64,000 bases of DNA, from contig JBCBUK010000017.1 in assembly GCA_039818205.1 (NCBI GenBank), forward strand, positions 19,227-83,226, written 5' to 3'. The notes beneath the pieces are model-generated. The model searched no databases. It saw nothing but the letters and a program-made list of their open reading frames with translations, and was not told the DNA's origin. The DNA comes from Verrucomicrobiota bacterium (lineage in GTDB: Bacteria > Verrucomicrobiota > Verrucomicrobiia > Opitutales > Cerasicoccaceae). Every line of letters begins with the position of its first letter. Positions within the stretch are counted from its first letter, which is position 1. Shown here in pieces: positions 28,257 through 37,984 of the stretch. The position numbers were made by a program, and so were the translations under genes.

Positions 28257-29486
28257 TCAATCCTCCTTCGCGTGTTGCCCTGCCATCCAGCCGGTTGTCC
28301 AGGCGATTTGAAGATTGTCTGCCGGGGCGATGGCGCAGGGTTCGAGGACACTGCCGGCAAAATACAAGCCAGGGACTCTTCGGCTCGCCATTGTTCGAAA
28401 GTCGATTTCATCGCTGGCCACGCCACCGATTACCGAGCTAATGCTGCGAACATTTTTGCGTTTAACGACCTCGAACTCGCAAGCGGAGAGCTCACGGACA
28501 AGGGCTGAGCGTTCCGGGGGTTCCAGTGAGTCCCATGATCGAGTTAGCTCAAGCTTCGCAGCAGACACTAAGTTTCTCCAAAGTCTTGAGGGTAGGTCGG
28601 GGTGCTCAAGGCTGCCAAGCCGGCCTTGAGGAAACTGCCGCAGTTGCTCATCAATTAAGCGCGCGGCGGCGCGAGGGCCGCCGGGTAACCAGCTCACTCG
28701 AAGGGGGAAACGTCCCTGCAGTTTCTCGAGCCTGGATGCGTGGCGAGATGACAACTCCCAAGCGGCAGGACCGCTGATGCCCCAGGGTTCGATTGAAATA
28801 GAGCGAGACGCAACGCGATCTGTGTCGCCAATGCGCAAATCTCGTTCGCCGTCTAAAGGTCCAGCCATGCCCGAGATTCGAGGGTCCTGGCATTGAAACC
28901 CGGTTAGGGCCGGTAGGCATTCGGTGACGACGTGGCCGAGCCCTTCAATAATTCGGCAACTGGGGTTCGCAATGAGTCCGCCTCCGGCGATGATCAAGCG
29001 ATCGACCTGAATGGTTCGTTCATCGGCAAGGGTTAACCAAAAGCCGCCGGTCGATTTCATGTCAACGGCCTTCAACGCGCTACCAAGAAGGCATTGGATG
29101 CCTCGTTCTTGGATTACTTGATCGAAGAATTGGGCAATGGCCGTGGGTTCGCCATCTCGGATGGTCACCAGTCCATCGTCGTTGACCTCCAGTGATTCTC
29201 CATTCTCTTCAAGCCATGCCTCGAAATCACCGGGTCCGTATCGGGTATAGGCACCAAGCATTTCCTTTTGCCCCGCGACCAGGGATTCGCTTTGGTCAAT
29301 GGGATCCCATATCTCCCGAGTGAGATCAATTGGTTTTGGGTCACCGAAGCGCCACTGGCGCAGAACCGTCTCTTCGGAATCAATGAGGACGACCTGCGCA
29401 CCCGCTTGGGCAGCTGTGATCGCAGCATATACTCCCGCAGGTCCCGCGCCCGCGATGGCAATGATTCGGTCTTCGTTTTGGGGCAT
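28257..29486 (-). CDS. HI0933/BaiN-family flavoprotein, divergent
   Basis: GAGPAG, GISGPA, GGV...EIDFRTMASR.VPGLYFAG, NLQIAWTTG. Confidence 0.85.
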   Translation of the reverse strand: MPQNEDRIIAIAGAGPAGVYAAITAAQAGAQVVLIDSEETVLRQWRFGDPKPIDLTREIWDPIDQSESLVAGQKEMLGAYTRYGPGDFEAWLEENGESLEVNDDGLVTIRDGEPTAIAQFFDQVIQERGIQCLLGSALKAVDMKSTGGFWLTLADERTIQVDRLIIAGGGLIANPSCRIIEGLGHVVTECLPALTGFQCQDPRISGMAGPLDGERDLRIGDTDRVASRSISIEPWGISGPAAWELSSRHASRLEKLQGRFPLRVSWLPGGPRAAARLIDEQLRQFPQGRLGSLEHPDLPSRLWRNLVSAAKLELTRSWDSLEPPERSALVRELSACEFEVVKRKNVRSISSVIGGVASDEIDFRTMASRRVPGLYFAGSVLEPCAIAPADNLQIAWTTGWMAGQHAKED

Positions 29487-29491
29487 GATTC

Positions 29492-29526
29492 AAACAAAAG
29501 GCCTCCGCTCAATTGAGCGAAGGCCT
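29492..29526 (-). terminator. Intrinsic terminator of rpsB-tsf
   Basis: AGGCCT.CGCTC-AATT-GAGCG.AGGCCT hairpin followed by TTTTGTTT on the minus strand. Confidence 0.8.
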
Positions 29527-29555
29527 GAAAGATTAATCAATTGATTGCATTCAAC

Positions 29556-30146
29556 CTATTCGCCAATCGCGAAACGAGAGAAACGACGGATCTTGATGTT
29601 TTCGCCGATACGCTGAATCGATTGAGTCAGGAGTTCACCAACGGTGATCGAGGTGTCCTTAACAAATGGTTGATCCAACAGAGCAACGGTCGACAAGAAC
29701 TTGTTGACCTTGCCTTCGACGATTTTCCCGATTGCTTGCGCAGGCTTGCCTTCCGCCTGTGCTTCAGCAACTTCGCGCTCCTTGGCGATAACGTCTTCAG
29801 GGACCTCTTCGCGGCTGATCGCCAATGGGCTGGCTGCAGCAATGTGCATCGCGATGTCGCGAGCGAGGTCTTTGAAATCGTCGTTCTTGGCCACAAAGTC
29901 GGACTCGCAATTGAGTTCGATCATGACACCAACTTTGCCACCCATGTGGATGTAGCTTTCGATGATGCCTTCGGTGGCTTCGCGGCCAGCTTTTTTTGCG
30001 GCCTTGATGGCGCCGTTCTTCTTCAGTAAATCGATGGCTGCGTCTTGATCGCCCTGGGACTCAACAAGGGCTTTCTTACAATCCATCAAACCGAGACCCG
30101 TGCGTTGACGGAGCTCGTTGACCATACTTGCGGTAATTGCGGACAT
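29556..30146 (-). CDS. tsf: Elongation factor Ts (short form)
   Basis: LRQRTGLGLMDCKKAL, ELNCESDFVA, LLDQPFVKD, IGENI. Confidence 0.97.
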   Translation of the reverse strand: MSAITASMVNELRQRTGLGLMDCKKALVESQGDQDAAIDLLKKNGAIKAAKKAGREATEGIIESYIHMGGKVGVMIELNCESDFVAKNDDFKDLARDIAMHIAAASPLAISREEVPEDVIAKEREVAEAQAEGKPAQAIGKIVEGKVNKFLSTVALLDQPFVKDTSITVGELLTQSIQRIGENIKIRRFSRFAIGE

Positions 30147-30179
30147 GGTAGATTCTCTTTGTGGGTTTTAGATTGAAAA

Positions 30180-31061
30180 TTATTCGGCTGGCTTTTCCGT
30201 AGGTGCTTCCCCTTCAGCTGGTGCTGGAGCTGGAGCTGCCGGTGTTTCCGCTGCTGCAGCCTTGGCCTTCGAATCATCGAGAACGATGTCATCAGCAAAG
30301 GTCACTTCTGGTTCGGCCTCAGAAAATTCCTGGCGAACGATCGGAGTGATGCCTTGCTGAGGTGAGTTGCGGACCTCAGTGCGGCGAGCCATCCCGTTTT
30401 GAACTGCTTCCATGATAACTTCAGTTACGAGACGGATCGACTTGACCGCGTCGTCATTACCAGGAATCGGATAGTTAACCAAGGTTGGGTCAGAATTCGT
30501 GTCAACTAAGGCGATGACCGGAATCTTCAGGCGGCGAGCTTCGGCGACTGCAATCGCTTCGTTCTTTACGTCGATTATGTAGAGTGCGGAAGGGACGCCT
30601 TTGACCTCGAGCATACCTTCAAAGTTGCGGTGCATCCGGGCCATCTCACGACGAATTGCGGCTTGCTCCTTACCGGGGAGCTTCTGGAGTTCACCTTCCG
30701 CTTCCATGCGCAGGTAACGCTTATACTTATCGAGACTTGCCTTCGAAGTTGTCCAGTTGGTGAGGGCGCCACCCATCCAGCGGTTAACCGCGAATGGCAT
30801 GCTGCAGGTCGTTGCCGCTTCGCGCAAAATTTCTTGGGCTTGGCGCTTGGTGCCGACAAACATGATGTCGTCTCCCTTAGCAACCAATTCTTCAATGAAT
30901 TCGGATGCTTTCTCGAGGAGGGCGTAGGTTTTCTCCAAGTTGATAATGGAGATGCCGTGACGATGGTCGAAAACGTATGGCTTCGATTTCGGATTCCAAC
31001 GGCGGGTTTGGTGACCGAAGTGAACTCCGGCATCCAATAGGTCTTTTACAGTGATGTTCAT
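30180..31061 (-). CDS. rpsB: 30S ribosomal protein S2
   Basis: LLDAGVHFGHQT, FVGTK, RWMGG, VDTNSDP, PGNDDA. Confidence 0.97.
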   Translation of the reverse strand: MNITVKDLLDAGVHFGHQTRRWNPKSKPYVFDHRHGISIINLEKTYALLEKASEFIEELVAKGDDIMFVGTKRQAQEILREAATTCSMPFAVNRWMGGALTNWTTSKASLDKYKRYLRMEAEGELQKLPGKEQAAIRREMARMHRNFEGMLEVKGVPSALYIIDVKNEAIAVAEARRLKIPVIALVDTNSDPTLVNYPIPGNDDAVKSIRLVTEVIMEAVQNGMARRTEVRNSPQQGITPIVRQEFSEAEPEVTFADDIVLDDSKAKAAAAETPAAPAPAPAEGEAPTEKPAE

Positions 31062-31135
31062 GTAGGTTTTTGGGCTCCGTATCCGCAACTTTCCCGGTGA
31101 AGAGCGAACCTTGGATAAGGGTGTGGTGCTCAAAG
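31062..31135 (-). promoter_or_regulatory. Probable rpsB leader (S2 autoregulatory RNA)
   Basis: Minus strand reads CACCACACCC...hairpin...CGGAGCCC just upstream of the ATG, recalling the CACAC...GGAG/GAGGC layout of rpsB leaders. Confidence 0.45.
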
Positions 31136-31340
31136 GTTTGAGCGACCAGATTTGGTTTTCTAGCGTATTTAATTTCAAGACATTCCGGGAGACCGTCTCG
31201 AATGGTGAAGGGCGGAAGATTAGGGGCCGTGCGAGTGCACGCAAGCAGTAATTATCGCTATTTTTGGGCGAAGTGCAAAAAAGTTTTAATTTTCTCTTGC
31301 GCTACCTTCAACAACCCGCTTTGTTCATCGACTTTTCCTA

Positions 31341-31419
<79 letters not shown>

Positions 31420-31423
31420 ATTT

Positions 31424-31466
31424 AAAGCCCTCGGAGTCAAATACTTCGAGGGCTTTGTGGTTTTTG
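31424..31466 (+). terminator. Terminator after tRNA-Met
   Basis: AAAGCCCTCGGAGT...ACTTCGAGGGCTTT hairpin followed by a T-rich tail. Confidence 0.7.
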
Positions 31467-31718
31467 GGGCGGATTTTGCTTAGATGCTGCCGAATGTACG
31501 AAAATGCGGGATGATACGCGATCGATTGCATGAACCACGTTGCACGAAAAATCTCGTCAGGAATCAGGATCCCGACTTTGCATTTCTGGATTTCATTTCT
31601 GTCAGATAGCTGCCACTCAATGTCGAAAAAGACAACCTCTGCATTGGCTGAGGTTGTCTCGATAGAATTCCACCTTCTAGACGCGTGGATTGAGGAGGCG
31701 AAGCATTGTTGGAGTCTC

Positions 31719-32036
31719 CTACGACTCGATTGGCTCTCCAAGTACGTGTGTGCCGTGGGTGATTGCAGCGCCCGCCCGCAGGGCAGCAGCTACATGGATA
31801 GCTTCAGCCAGTTCTTCCTTGGTTGCTCCGGCATCGATTGCCGCTTGACGGTGGATCTCGATGCAGTAGGTGCATTGCGTGGTAAGTGCCACTGCGATAG
31901 CCATCAGTTCCTTATACTTTTTCGGAATTGCCCCATCAGCCAAAGCTCGCTGGTCGTAGGTCCAAAAGGCACTTGTTGTCGATTTATTGAAATCGCTTAA
32001 GTCTTTTAGGCGATCGAGATTTTTCATGTTGGTCAT
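31719..32036 (-). CDS. Carboxymuconolactone decarboxylase/AhpD-like protein
   Basis: DGAIPKKYKELMAIAVALTTQCTYCIEIH...EELAEA. Confidence 0.92.
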   Translation of the reverse strand: MTNMKNLDRLKDLSDFNKSTTSAFWTYDQRALADGAIPKKYKELMAIAVALTTQCTYCIEIHRQAAIDAGATKEELAEAIHVAAALRAGAAITHGTHVLGEPIES

Positions 32037-32053
32037 GTTCGTTCCTCGTTCGA

Positions 32054-32257
32054 TTATTGGTTACGACCAGCCATAACTCCGCCATCGACATCCCAGACAG
32101 CGCCGGTAATCGATGCAAGCCGCTCTTTAGCTTCGTCGAGTGCATTCCCATCGCGGGCGACCAAGGTTACTCCTTGGTTACGAGCAACGAGGCGTGATGC
32201 TGTCTCAAATCCGATCCCTTTGGAACCGCCAATAATGTATGTAGTTTCGTTTTTCAT
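32054..32257 (-). pseudogene. Short-chain dehydrogenase/reductase remnant with an in-frame internal deletion
   Basis: SDR N-terminus (IIGGSKGIG...VARD) is fused directly to the SDR C-terminus (ITGAVWDVDGGVMAGRN) in 67 aa; no YxxxK. Confidence 0.85.
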
Positions 32258-32301
32258 GATATTTGCTGAGTTGTTTTGAATTTCTACTTTCGAGATAAAA
32301 T

Positions 32302-32377
32302 CTATCTATCAGTCGATAGGTTTAATGGAACCTTACTCGAAGTTTTGACTTTTTCAAATAAATCTATCAGTAGATAG
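32302..32377. promoter_or_regulatory. Two candidate TetR operators
   Basis: CTATCTATCAGTCGATAG (32302-32319) and AAATCTATCAGTAGATAG (32360-32377) in the divergent intergenic region. Confidence 0.65.
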
Positions 32378-32392
32378 TTAGAGGTAAGAAAT

Positions 32393-32953
32393 ATGTCGGA
32401 AAAACGAGAACAGATCATCCAAGTCGCTACGGACATGATTCGTAGCGGAGGCTATAATGCGTTTAGCTTCAGGGAGATAGCAGATGCGATCGGGATTAAG
32501 AGTTCCTCTGTTCATCACTATTTCCGGCGGAAGGAAGACCTTGCGGCGGCAGTTGCCGAACGCTACACGGACGGATTTTTCTCTGATTTGGGCAAATCTA
32601 GCTTTGCCGAAGGTGATGTCGGAGCCGCAATAGATTTGTATGCATCGGTGTTCATTGAGGCTTTCGTAACCTCGGGAAAAGCGTGTCTTTGTGGCGTATT
32701 GAGCCACGAATCACCGGCAATTCCAGCTCCGGTTCTTGAGCGGGTAGATTCCTTTGTAGAGCGAAATATCGAATGGCTGGTTGCTGCATTTTATGCAGGG
32801 GCGGAGTCCGTCAATGGAAATCATTCGCGGCGGCTTGCGTTGCTGGTCTACACGGCTCTTAGCGGGTCGATGGCTGTGGCCACGTTGAAAAAGTCAGTCG
32901 AGCCAATGGAGTTGGTTCGAGACCAACTGGTTCAGCAGCTTTCATCGGCGTAA
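32393..32953 (+). CDS. TetR/AcrR family regulator (NemR-like)
   Basis: GYNAFSFREIA..IGIKSSSVHHYFRRKEDL; CLCG. Confidence 0.93.
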   Translation: MSEKREQIIQVATDMIRSGGYNAFSFREIADAIGIKSSSVHHYFRRKEDLAAAVAERYTDGFFSDLGKSSFAEGDVGAAIDLYASVFIEAFVTSGKACLCGVLSHESPAIPAPVLERVDSFVERNIEWLVAAFYAGAESVNGNHSRRLALLVYTALSGSMAVATLKKSVEPMELVRDQLVQQLSSA

Positions 32954-33140
32954 TAGTTGATTTCATCACCGGTTCAAATCAGATCCAGGCGAATCATTCT
33001 AGGGTGATTCTCGGGCGATCAGTGACGGTTCTTTACATTCTAGCCGTTTGTCGGCAGTGTCCCTGTTTTTCAAAACAGTTATTGGTCGCGGTCGTTATCG
33101 GCGTGGCTTCCAAATACCCCGAGGCCACCTATTGCTATTT

Positions 33141-33812
33141 ATGAATGCACCCGCTAAAGATTTTGAACAACTTCCTTGGTTTCACCAAATTGATCTTGGG
33201 GATAATCGAAAAACGCCTGGGAAAGATGATAGTGCCAAGAAGCTTGAGTTCTTGAAGCTGCCGAACGATCTGACCGGAAAGAGCGTTTTGGATATCGGCT
33301 GCTGGGATGGATTCTTTTCATTTTCGTGTGAACAGCGAAACGCAAAGCGTGTTCTGGCGACCGATCATTTTGCCTGGTCTGATGCCTGCTGGGGAAGCCG
33401 TGAATGTATTGATTTTGCGCATGCTGCATTGGGCTCTTCGGCGGAGATTATGGAGGCGACTCCGCAAGAGTTGACTCCCGAGCGAGTCGGCAAGTTCGAT
33501 TTAGTTCTCTACCTTGGCGTGCTCTATCACGTCAAAAACCCGCTTAAGGAGATCGAACATGTTGCTCAGCTTTGCGATGAAATGTTGGTGCTCGAGACCT
33601 TGGTAGACCATCTGAATATTAAAGATGCGAGCGCAGCATTCTATCCCGGAAAGGAGTGCAACGGGGATCCAACGAATTGGTGGGGGCCGAATCCTGCGTG
33701 TGTCATTGGTATGTTGAAGGCGGCAGGGTTTAGCCGCGTTGAAGTTGCCAACCTACGTAAGTTTGGCGCCTTTGGTAAACAGGGGCGGGCAGTCTTTCAC
33801 GCCTGGAAATAA
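33141..33812 (+). CDS. Class I SAM-dependent methyltransferase (DUF1698-like)
   Basis: WFHQIDL, LTGKSVLDIGCWDGFFSF, FDLVLYLGVLYH, NWW.PN. Confidence 0.9.
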   Translation: MNAPAKDFEQLPWFHQIDLGDNRKTPGKDDSAKKLEFLKLPNDLTGKSVLDIGCWDGFFSFSCEQRNAKRVLATDHFAWSDACWGSRECIDFAHAALGSSAEIMEATPQELTPERVGKFDLVLYLGVLYHVKNPLKEIEHVAQLCDEMLVLETLVDHLNIKDASAAFYPGKECNGDPTNWWGPNPACVIGMLKAAGFSRVEVANLRKFGAFGKQGRAVFHAWK

Positions 33813-33866
33813 GCGCCCATCATTGCTCGAGCGATACGGTCTTCGTAGTGCGACGGGCGAACTGTT

Positions 33867-34967
33867 CTACGGTTTGCGTGCGGAAATTAGGTGGTAGTAG
33901 CCGAAGTTAGGTTCGCTTTGAAAATCGACGAAGCCGGCTTGGCTAAGCATTTTTTCAAATTCTGGAAGCGAATACTTGCGGCCCTTTTCGTGCAGCATGA
34001 GGATAACATTGCAGCAGCCCAGGAAAAGCGGACCATCCTTGGTGTCGGCGATTGGCATCTCGTTGAGGATGATTTTTCCGCCGCTATCGAGCGCATCGAA
34101 GGATTGTTTGGCTAACTGATGGCAAGTGTCTGCGTCCCAATCGTGAAAGATGTTGCTGAATACATGGGCGTCGTGGTTCCGAGGAAGAGGCTCGCTGAAC
34201 ATGTCCCCGGTATGCAAGCTGACTTGATTGCCAACTTGATGCTGAGCGATGGTCTCTTCCGCCAACTCGCAGACACTGGCTATATCTAACGCGGTGATGC
34301 GAATATCGGGGCGTTTAGTCGCGATTGCGCAGCTGATCGAGCAGGAGCCTGCTCCGACATCCAAAAGTGAGCTGACATCGTCGAGGATTTGATTCTCCGC
34401 CAAGGCAAAGCCCGCCGGCAAGGTGTGGATGTGCATGTAGTCGATAAACTTCTTGATCGATGCCTGATCCAATTGAGCGGCGCCAACGGCGGTATGCGAT
34501 TTGGCAAACTCGACAAATTCTTTGGTATCATCCTCGTTCTGCTTGTCTACTCCGGCTTCCATGGGTGCAACCAGATGTGACTCCTCGCGAACGGCCCGCC
34601 GAATTGATTCAAGCAGCTCGGATCCAGTGGTTAGCTCAGCGGCATAGGCGAGTTTTGCTCCGTAACTGAATGGACTGCTCGGTGAGAGGTATTCCTGGGC
34701 TAACCCAGTTGGGGAAAACCGTTTGTCGGATCCAATTTCCAGAAATCCGGCACCAGCGGAAACCGAGATGAGTGCCTCAGTCGCTCGAGGCGATAGGCCC
34801 ATTGCGATGGCAGCCTCCTGGATCGTCTGTGCTTGCCCGCTGAGGGTAGTGAACAAGCCGATTTCATGGGCCACGGCAATGGCGGGGAGGGCAAGGCTGG
34901 TGTAGATCAGATCGTAAATAGGCTGATCACTAAAATTTGGTTTGGAGAGATTGGAGTCGAAATTCAT
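33867..34967 (-). CDS. O-methyltransferase (Methyltransf_2) with dimerisation domain
   Basis: LLDVGAGS, GDMF, SNIFHDW, GGKIILNE. Confidence 0.9.
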   Translation of the reverse strand: MNFDSNLSKPNFSDQPIYDLIYTSLALPAIAVAHEIGLFTTLSGQAQTIQEAAIAMGLSPRATEALISVSAGAGFLEIGSDKRFSPTGLAQEYLSPSSPFSYGAKLAYAAELTTGSELLESIRRAVREESHLVAPMEAGVDKQNEDDTKEFVEFAKSHTAVGAAQLDQASIKKFIDYMHIHTLPAGFALAENQILDDVSSLLDVGAGSCSISCAIATKRPDIRITALDIASVCELAEETIAQHQVGNQVSLHTGDMFSEPLPRNHDAHVFSNIFHDWDADTCHQLAKQSFDALDSGGKIILNEMPIADTKDGPLFLGCCNVILMLHEKGRKYSLPEFEKMLSQAGFVDFQSEPNFGYYHLISARKP

Positions 34968-35174
34968 TTCGGAGTTTTGGTTGATGAAGACGGATCGACT
35001 AAAGCAGCATAATCGACAATTCTGAGGACTGCCCCACGGGTTTGCGACCGAAAATATTCGAAATGGAGAAGGAGTAATAAGTGACGAAGCAGCGAGGTAT
35101 GAGCAATGAATGTGACGCAAGCGTTACGTAGAATGGGTTTGAAAAGCCGCGAAGCCTATTACATATCGAACTGG

Positions 35175-36512
35175 ATGACGGAATGGTATAGGCACGTAAG
35201 ACTTTTCACGATAATCGTGACGTTGGGAGTATTTGCTTCCAGCGCATACGCAGCTACCTTTGGAGATTTCGAGTTCGACGATACCGGATTTGATATCGTT
35301 ATTACCGGCTACAATGGCTCGGACACCGATGTGATCATCCCGGATACCATCAACAGTAAGTTTGTGACTGAGATCGACGTGGAAGCATTCTTGGGAAACA
35401 CGACGATCGAGACCGTGATGCTCCCAGAGGCTTTGTTGTTTATTCGGGCGCGCGCTTTCAAAGACTGCACGAGTTTGGTTTCAGTAACGGTGCCGGGTAG
35501 CGTCCTAGAGATTGGTGAAGCCGCTTTTCAGGGATGTTCATCCTTAACCAGTTTAGAACTGTCTGACGGTATTGCCGACATCTTTGCCAATGCATTCGAG
35601 GGAACCGCTTTGGAACAAGTGGTGTTCCCTGAAACTATCGGCCTGGTGGAAGCCTCGGCGTTCGCTGCGATTCCTTCGTTAGACGCTCTGTTCTTTCTCG
35701 GCAATGCGCCAACGGCCCAGGCAAACGCATTCGGAGCGGCTAATGATGCCTTCTTTTTTCAGGGAGCAACCGGATTCAGCGAGCCGACCTGGGAGTATGC
35801 CACCGGAGAGACCATTGCCTCGAAAGACCTTGGTGAATTTACGAATACAGCCGAGTGGGTCTTGCTTAACTATCCCAATAGTGGCCGATTCCTGGAAGAT
35901 GAGACTGGCGCGCCTCGTTCGCTCTTCCTCAGCTACGCCTTGAATGTCGACCCAAGGGTGCCCACGGCCATTGAGTATCGTGTTGAAGGTGATGAGTTAA
36001 TCCTCACTTATTATGCGGGGCGATCGGAACTCACTTACCGGGCAGTTACTTCCACTGATCTAGAAACTTGGACAGAGGTAGGCGTGACCGTTGATCTTGC
36101 AGCTCGTCTGGGATACCGTGATACATCAGTCACGCGCGGGGATTCTCAGTTCATGCGGGTAGAAATTATTGATCCAAATGCCCCCTTAGTAAGTCTGTCA
36201 GTGTCCCAGGATTTTACGGTAGTAACAGGCTCGAATCCGAATCGAGGCATATACAAAATTCGCTCAATTTATACGGTTGGGGATGAAAATTGGGTGATTG
36301 CTTCAAGAGAATTTGATTTATTTGCGCTCCAAATCGTGGATCACGTTTTCAAAGATACTGTGACCGTCGAAGCACCTGAACTGGATGTGATTTACTATCT
36401 GATCGAACCGCGGGTAACTCCATCCTTTGCAGAACCAAACCAGAGATTCATTCAAGGCCTCCATGAGATCGAATCGATTTTAGCTGGTGCAACTCAGATA
36501 TGGCCGAATTGA
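35175..36512 (+). CDS. Secreted BspA-type (LRR_5) leucine-rich-repeat protein; start uncertain
   Basis: Signal peptide; ITGYNG..TDVIIPDTIN..VTEI, IGEAAFQGCSSLTSL, FLGNAP. Confidence 0.85.
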   Translation: MTEWYRHVRLFTIIVTLGVFASSAYAATFGDFEFDDTGFDIVITGYNGSDTDVIIPDTINSKFVTEIDVEAFLGNTTIETVMLPEALLFIRARAFKDCTSLVSVTVPGSVLEIGEAAFQGCSSLTSLELSDGIADIFANAFEGTALEQVVFPETIGLVEASAFAAIPSLDALFFLGNAPTAQANAFGAANDAFFFQGATGFSEPTWEYATGETIASKDLGEFTNTAEWVLLNYPNSGRFLEDETGAPRSLFLSYALNVDPRVPTAIEYRVEGDELILTYYAGRSELTYRAVTSTDLETWTEVGVTVDLAARLGYRDTSVTRGDSQFMRVEIIDPNAPLVSLSVSQDFTVVTGSNPNRGIYKIRSIYTVGDENWVIASREFDLFALQIVDHVFKDTVTVEAPELDVIYYLIEPRVTPSFAEPNQRFIQGLHEIESILAGATQIWPN

Positions 36513-36550
36513 AATTCGAGTTGATCGGTTTCCGCCAGCTTACATTGGAC

Positions 36551-37972
36551 CTAGAGCGATCGAACAAAGGTTAGCAATTTTCGGCGTTCGTCCTCGCTGA
36601 GGTTTACGTAATAGTCGCGTGATGCTTCAGCTTCCCCGCCATGCCAAAGAATGGCTTCTTCAATGTTGCGGGCGCGGCCATCGTGGAGGAAGTTGGTGTG
36701 ACGGTTGACCGTGTAAACCAAGCCGATTCCCCAAAGTGGTGGAGTGCGCCACTCGCGTCCATTGGCTTCAAACGTTGGACGGTTGTCCGCTAGGCCTTCG
36801 CCCATATCGTGCAATAACAGATCGGTGTAGGGATGAATGATCTGCTTGGATAATTCGGGCATGTCAGCGATGGATCCTGTCTCGAGGGTGTCCACGTGGC
36901 ACTTAACACATTGAGCTGCGTTAAAGAGCTCCCGTCCTTCCTGAATCATGCGGTCATCGTGTGAACGCTGGCCGGGCACGGCGAGTGTCTTGCAATAAAA
37001 CGTCACAAAGTCCAGGATTTCATCACTAACCTCCGGATTGCCACCACTTGCAGCGGAGATTTTCTGGGCGTCCATGTGGTTCTCGCTGGGGAAAAGCGAG
37101 GAGGTGATGCCGATGTCTCCAACAAACGCCGATGCGACCTGCTGGCGAACGGTTGGCTGCTCAGCTTTCCAGCCAAAGCGACCAGTGGCCAGCGATTGCT
37201 TCTCGACGTCCCAGACCAAATTGCGGCGTCCAGAGATGCCATCTCCATCTGCGTCGTTCGGATCCTCAAGCTCAATCAGGGTTTCTTCCGGAACCGCCTC
37301 AAGCAGACCGAGTCCGATCATAATTGGAGCGACCCGAAGCGAGATTTCAAGGTTCTCAGGCAGCTCGCCATACTGAGCTTCTTCAAGGCGTACTACGGGT
37401 TTGCGCAAACTGTATTTCGAGCCGTCGGCAAACTTGCCGGGTATCTCGACCCAATCAATCTCGACTTGCGCTTCAGCATTCTGCCCAAGGACACCATGGT
37501 TCTGTATCTGGTCGCCGTAAACAGGGTGGGGGACCACCCCGCTTCGCTTCAGGCCTTCGACGGGTTCGTCTCCGGTGCGTGGCATGCTTACGCGGGCGAG
37601 CATTGAAAGCATCGATTCTCCTGGCTTCGGCGGACGGCCCCGCCCATCCTTAACATGACAGGATTGGCAGGACATGGTGTTGAACAATGGACCAAGGCCA
37701 TCCCGGGCTTTAGTTGATGCGGGTGCTTCAACCCAAAAGCCCTCGAAAAACGAATTCCCAACAAAGAAATTGTCCTTGCGGGTGAAGCTTAGATTCTGTG
37801 CTGGATAACCAAATGCGCCTCGATCGCTACCCTGGACATCCGGAAGGATTATCGTCGTTTTGCCACCGAGATAGGGTGGCTCCGCGCTTGTATTCAGCGA
37901 CGCAATAAAACTGGTAGCAACACTTGCGGCGACCAGCCCAATACCCAAGGCCTGTTTTCGAAAATGGATCAT
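36551..37972 (-). CDS. Di-heme oxidoreductase (DHOR/DUF1111) family protein
   Basis: ARDGLGPLFNTMSCQSCHVKDGRG, GRFGWKA, CVKCH, YTDLLLHDMG, LHDGRAR. Confidence 0.93.
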   Translation of the reverse strand: MIHFRKQALGIGLVAASVATSFIASLNTSAEPPYLGGKTTIILPDVQGSDRGAFGYPAQNLSFTRKDNFFVGNSFFEGFWVEAPASTKARDGLGPLFNTMSCQSCHVKDGRGRPPKPGESMLSMLARVSMPRTGDEPVEGLKRSGVVPHPVYGDQIQNHGVLGQNAEAQVEIDWVEIPGKFADGSKYSLRKPVVRLEEAQYGELPENLEISLRVAPIMIGLGLLEAVPEETLIELEDPNDADGDGISGRRNLVWDVEKQSLATGRFGWKAEQPTVRQQVASAFVGDIGITSSLFPSENHMDAQKISAASGGNPEVSDEILDFVTFYCKTLAVPGQRSHDDRMIQEGRELFNAAQCVKCHVDTLETGSIADMPELSKQIIHPYTDLLLHDMGEGLADNRPTFEANGREWRTPPLWGIGLVYTVNRHTNFLHDGRARNIEEAILWHGGEAEASRDYYVNLSEDERRKLLTFVRSL

Positions 37973-37984
37973 ACAGAACGAAAT

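Noticed and set aside
29556..30146. Truncated EF-Ts
   Set aside because: The ~200-aa short form is established in several phyla, and both ends are intact.
32972..32980. attR copy of the tRNA-Met T-arm (GTTCAAATC) after the TetR gene
   Set aside because: A 9-bp match is expected by chance in 64 kb, and the tRNA 3' end is not duplicated.
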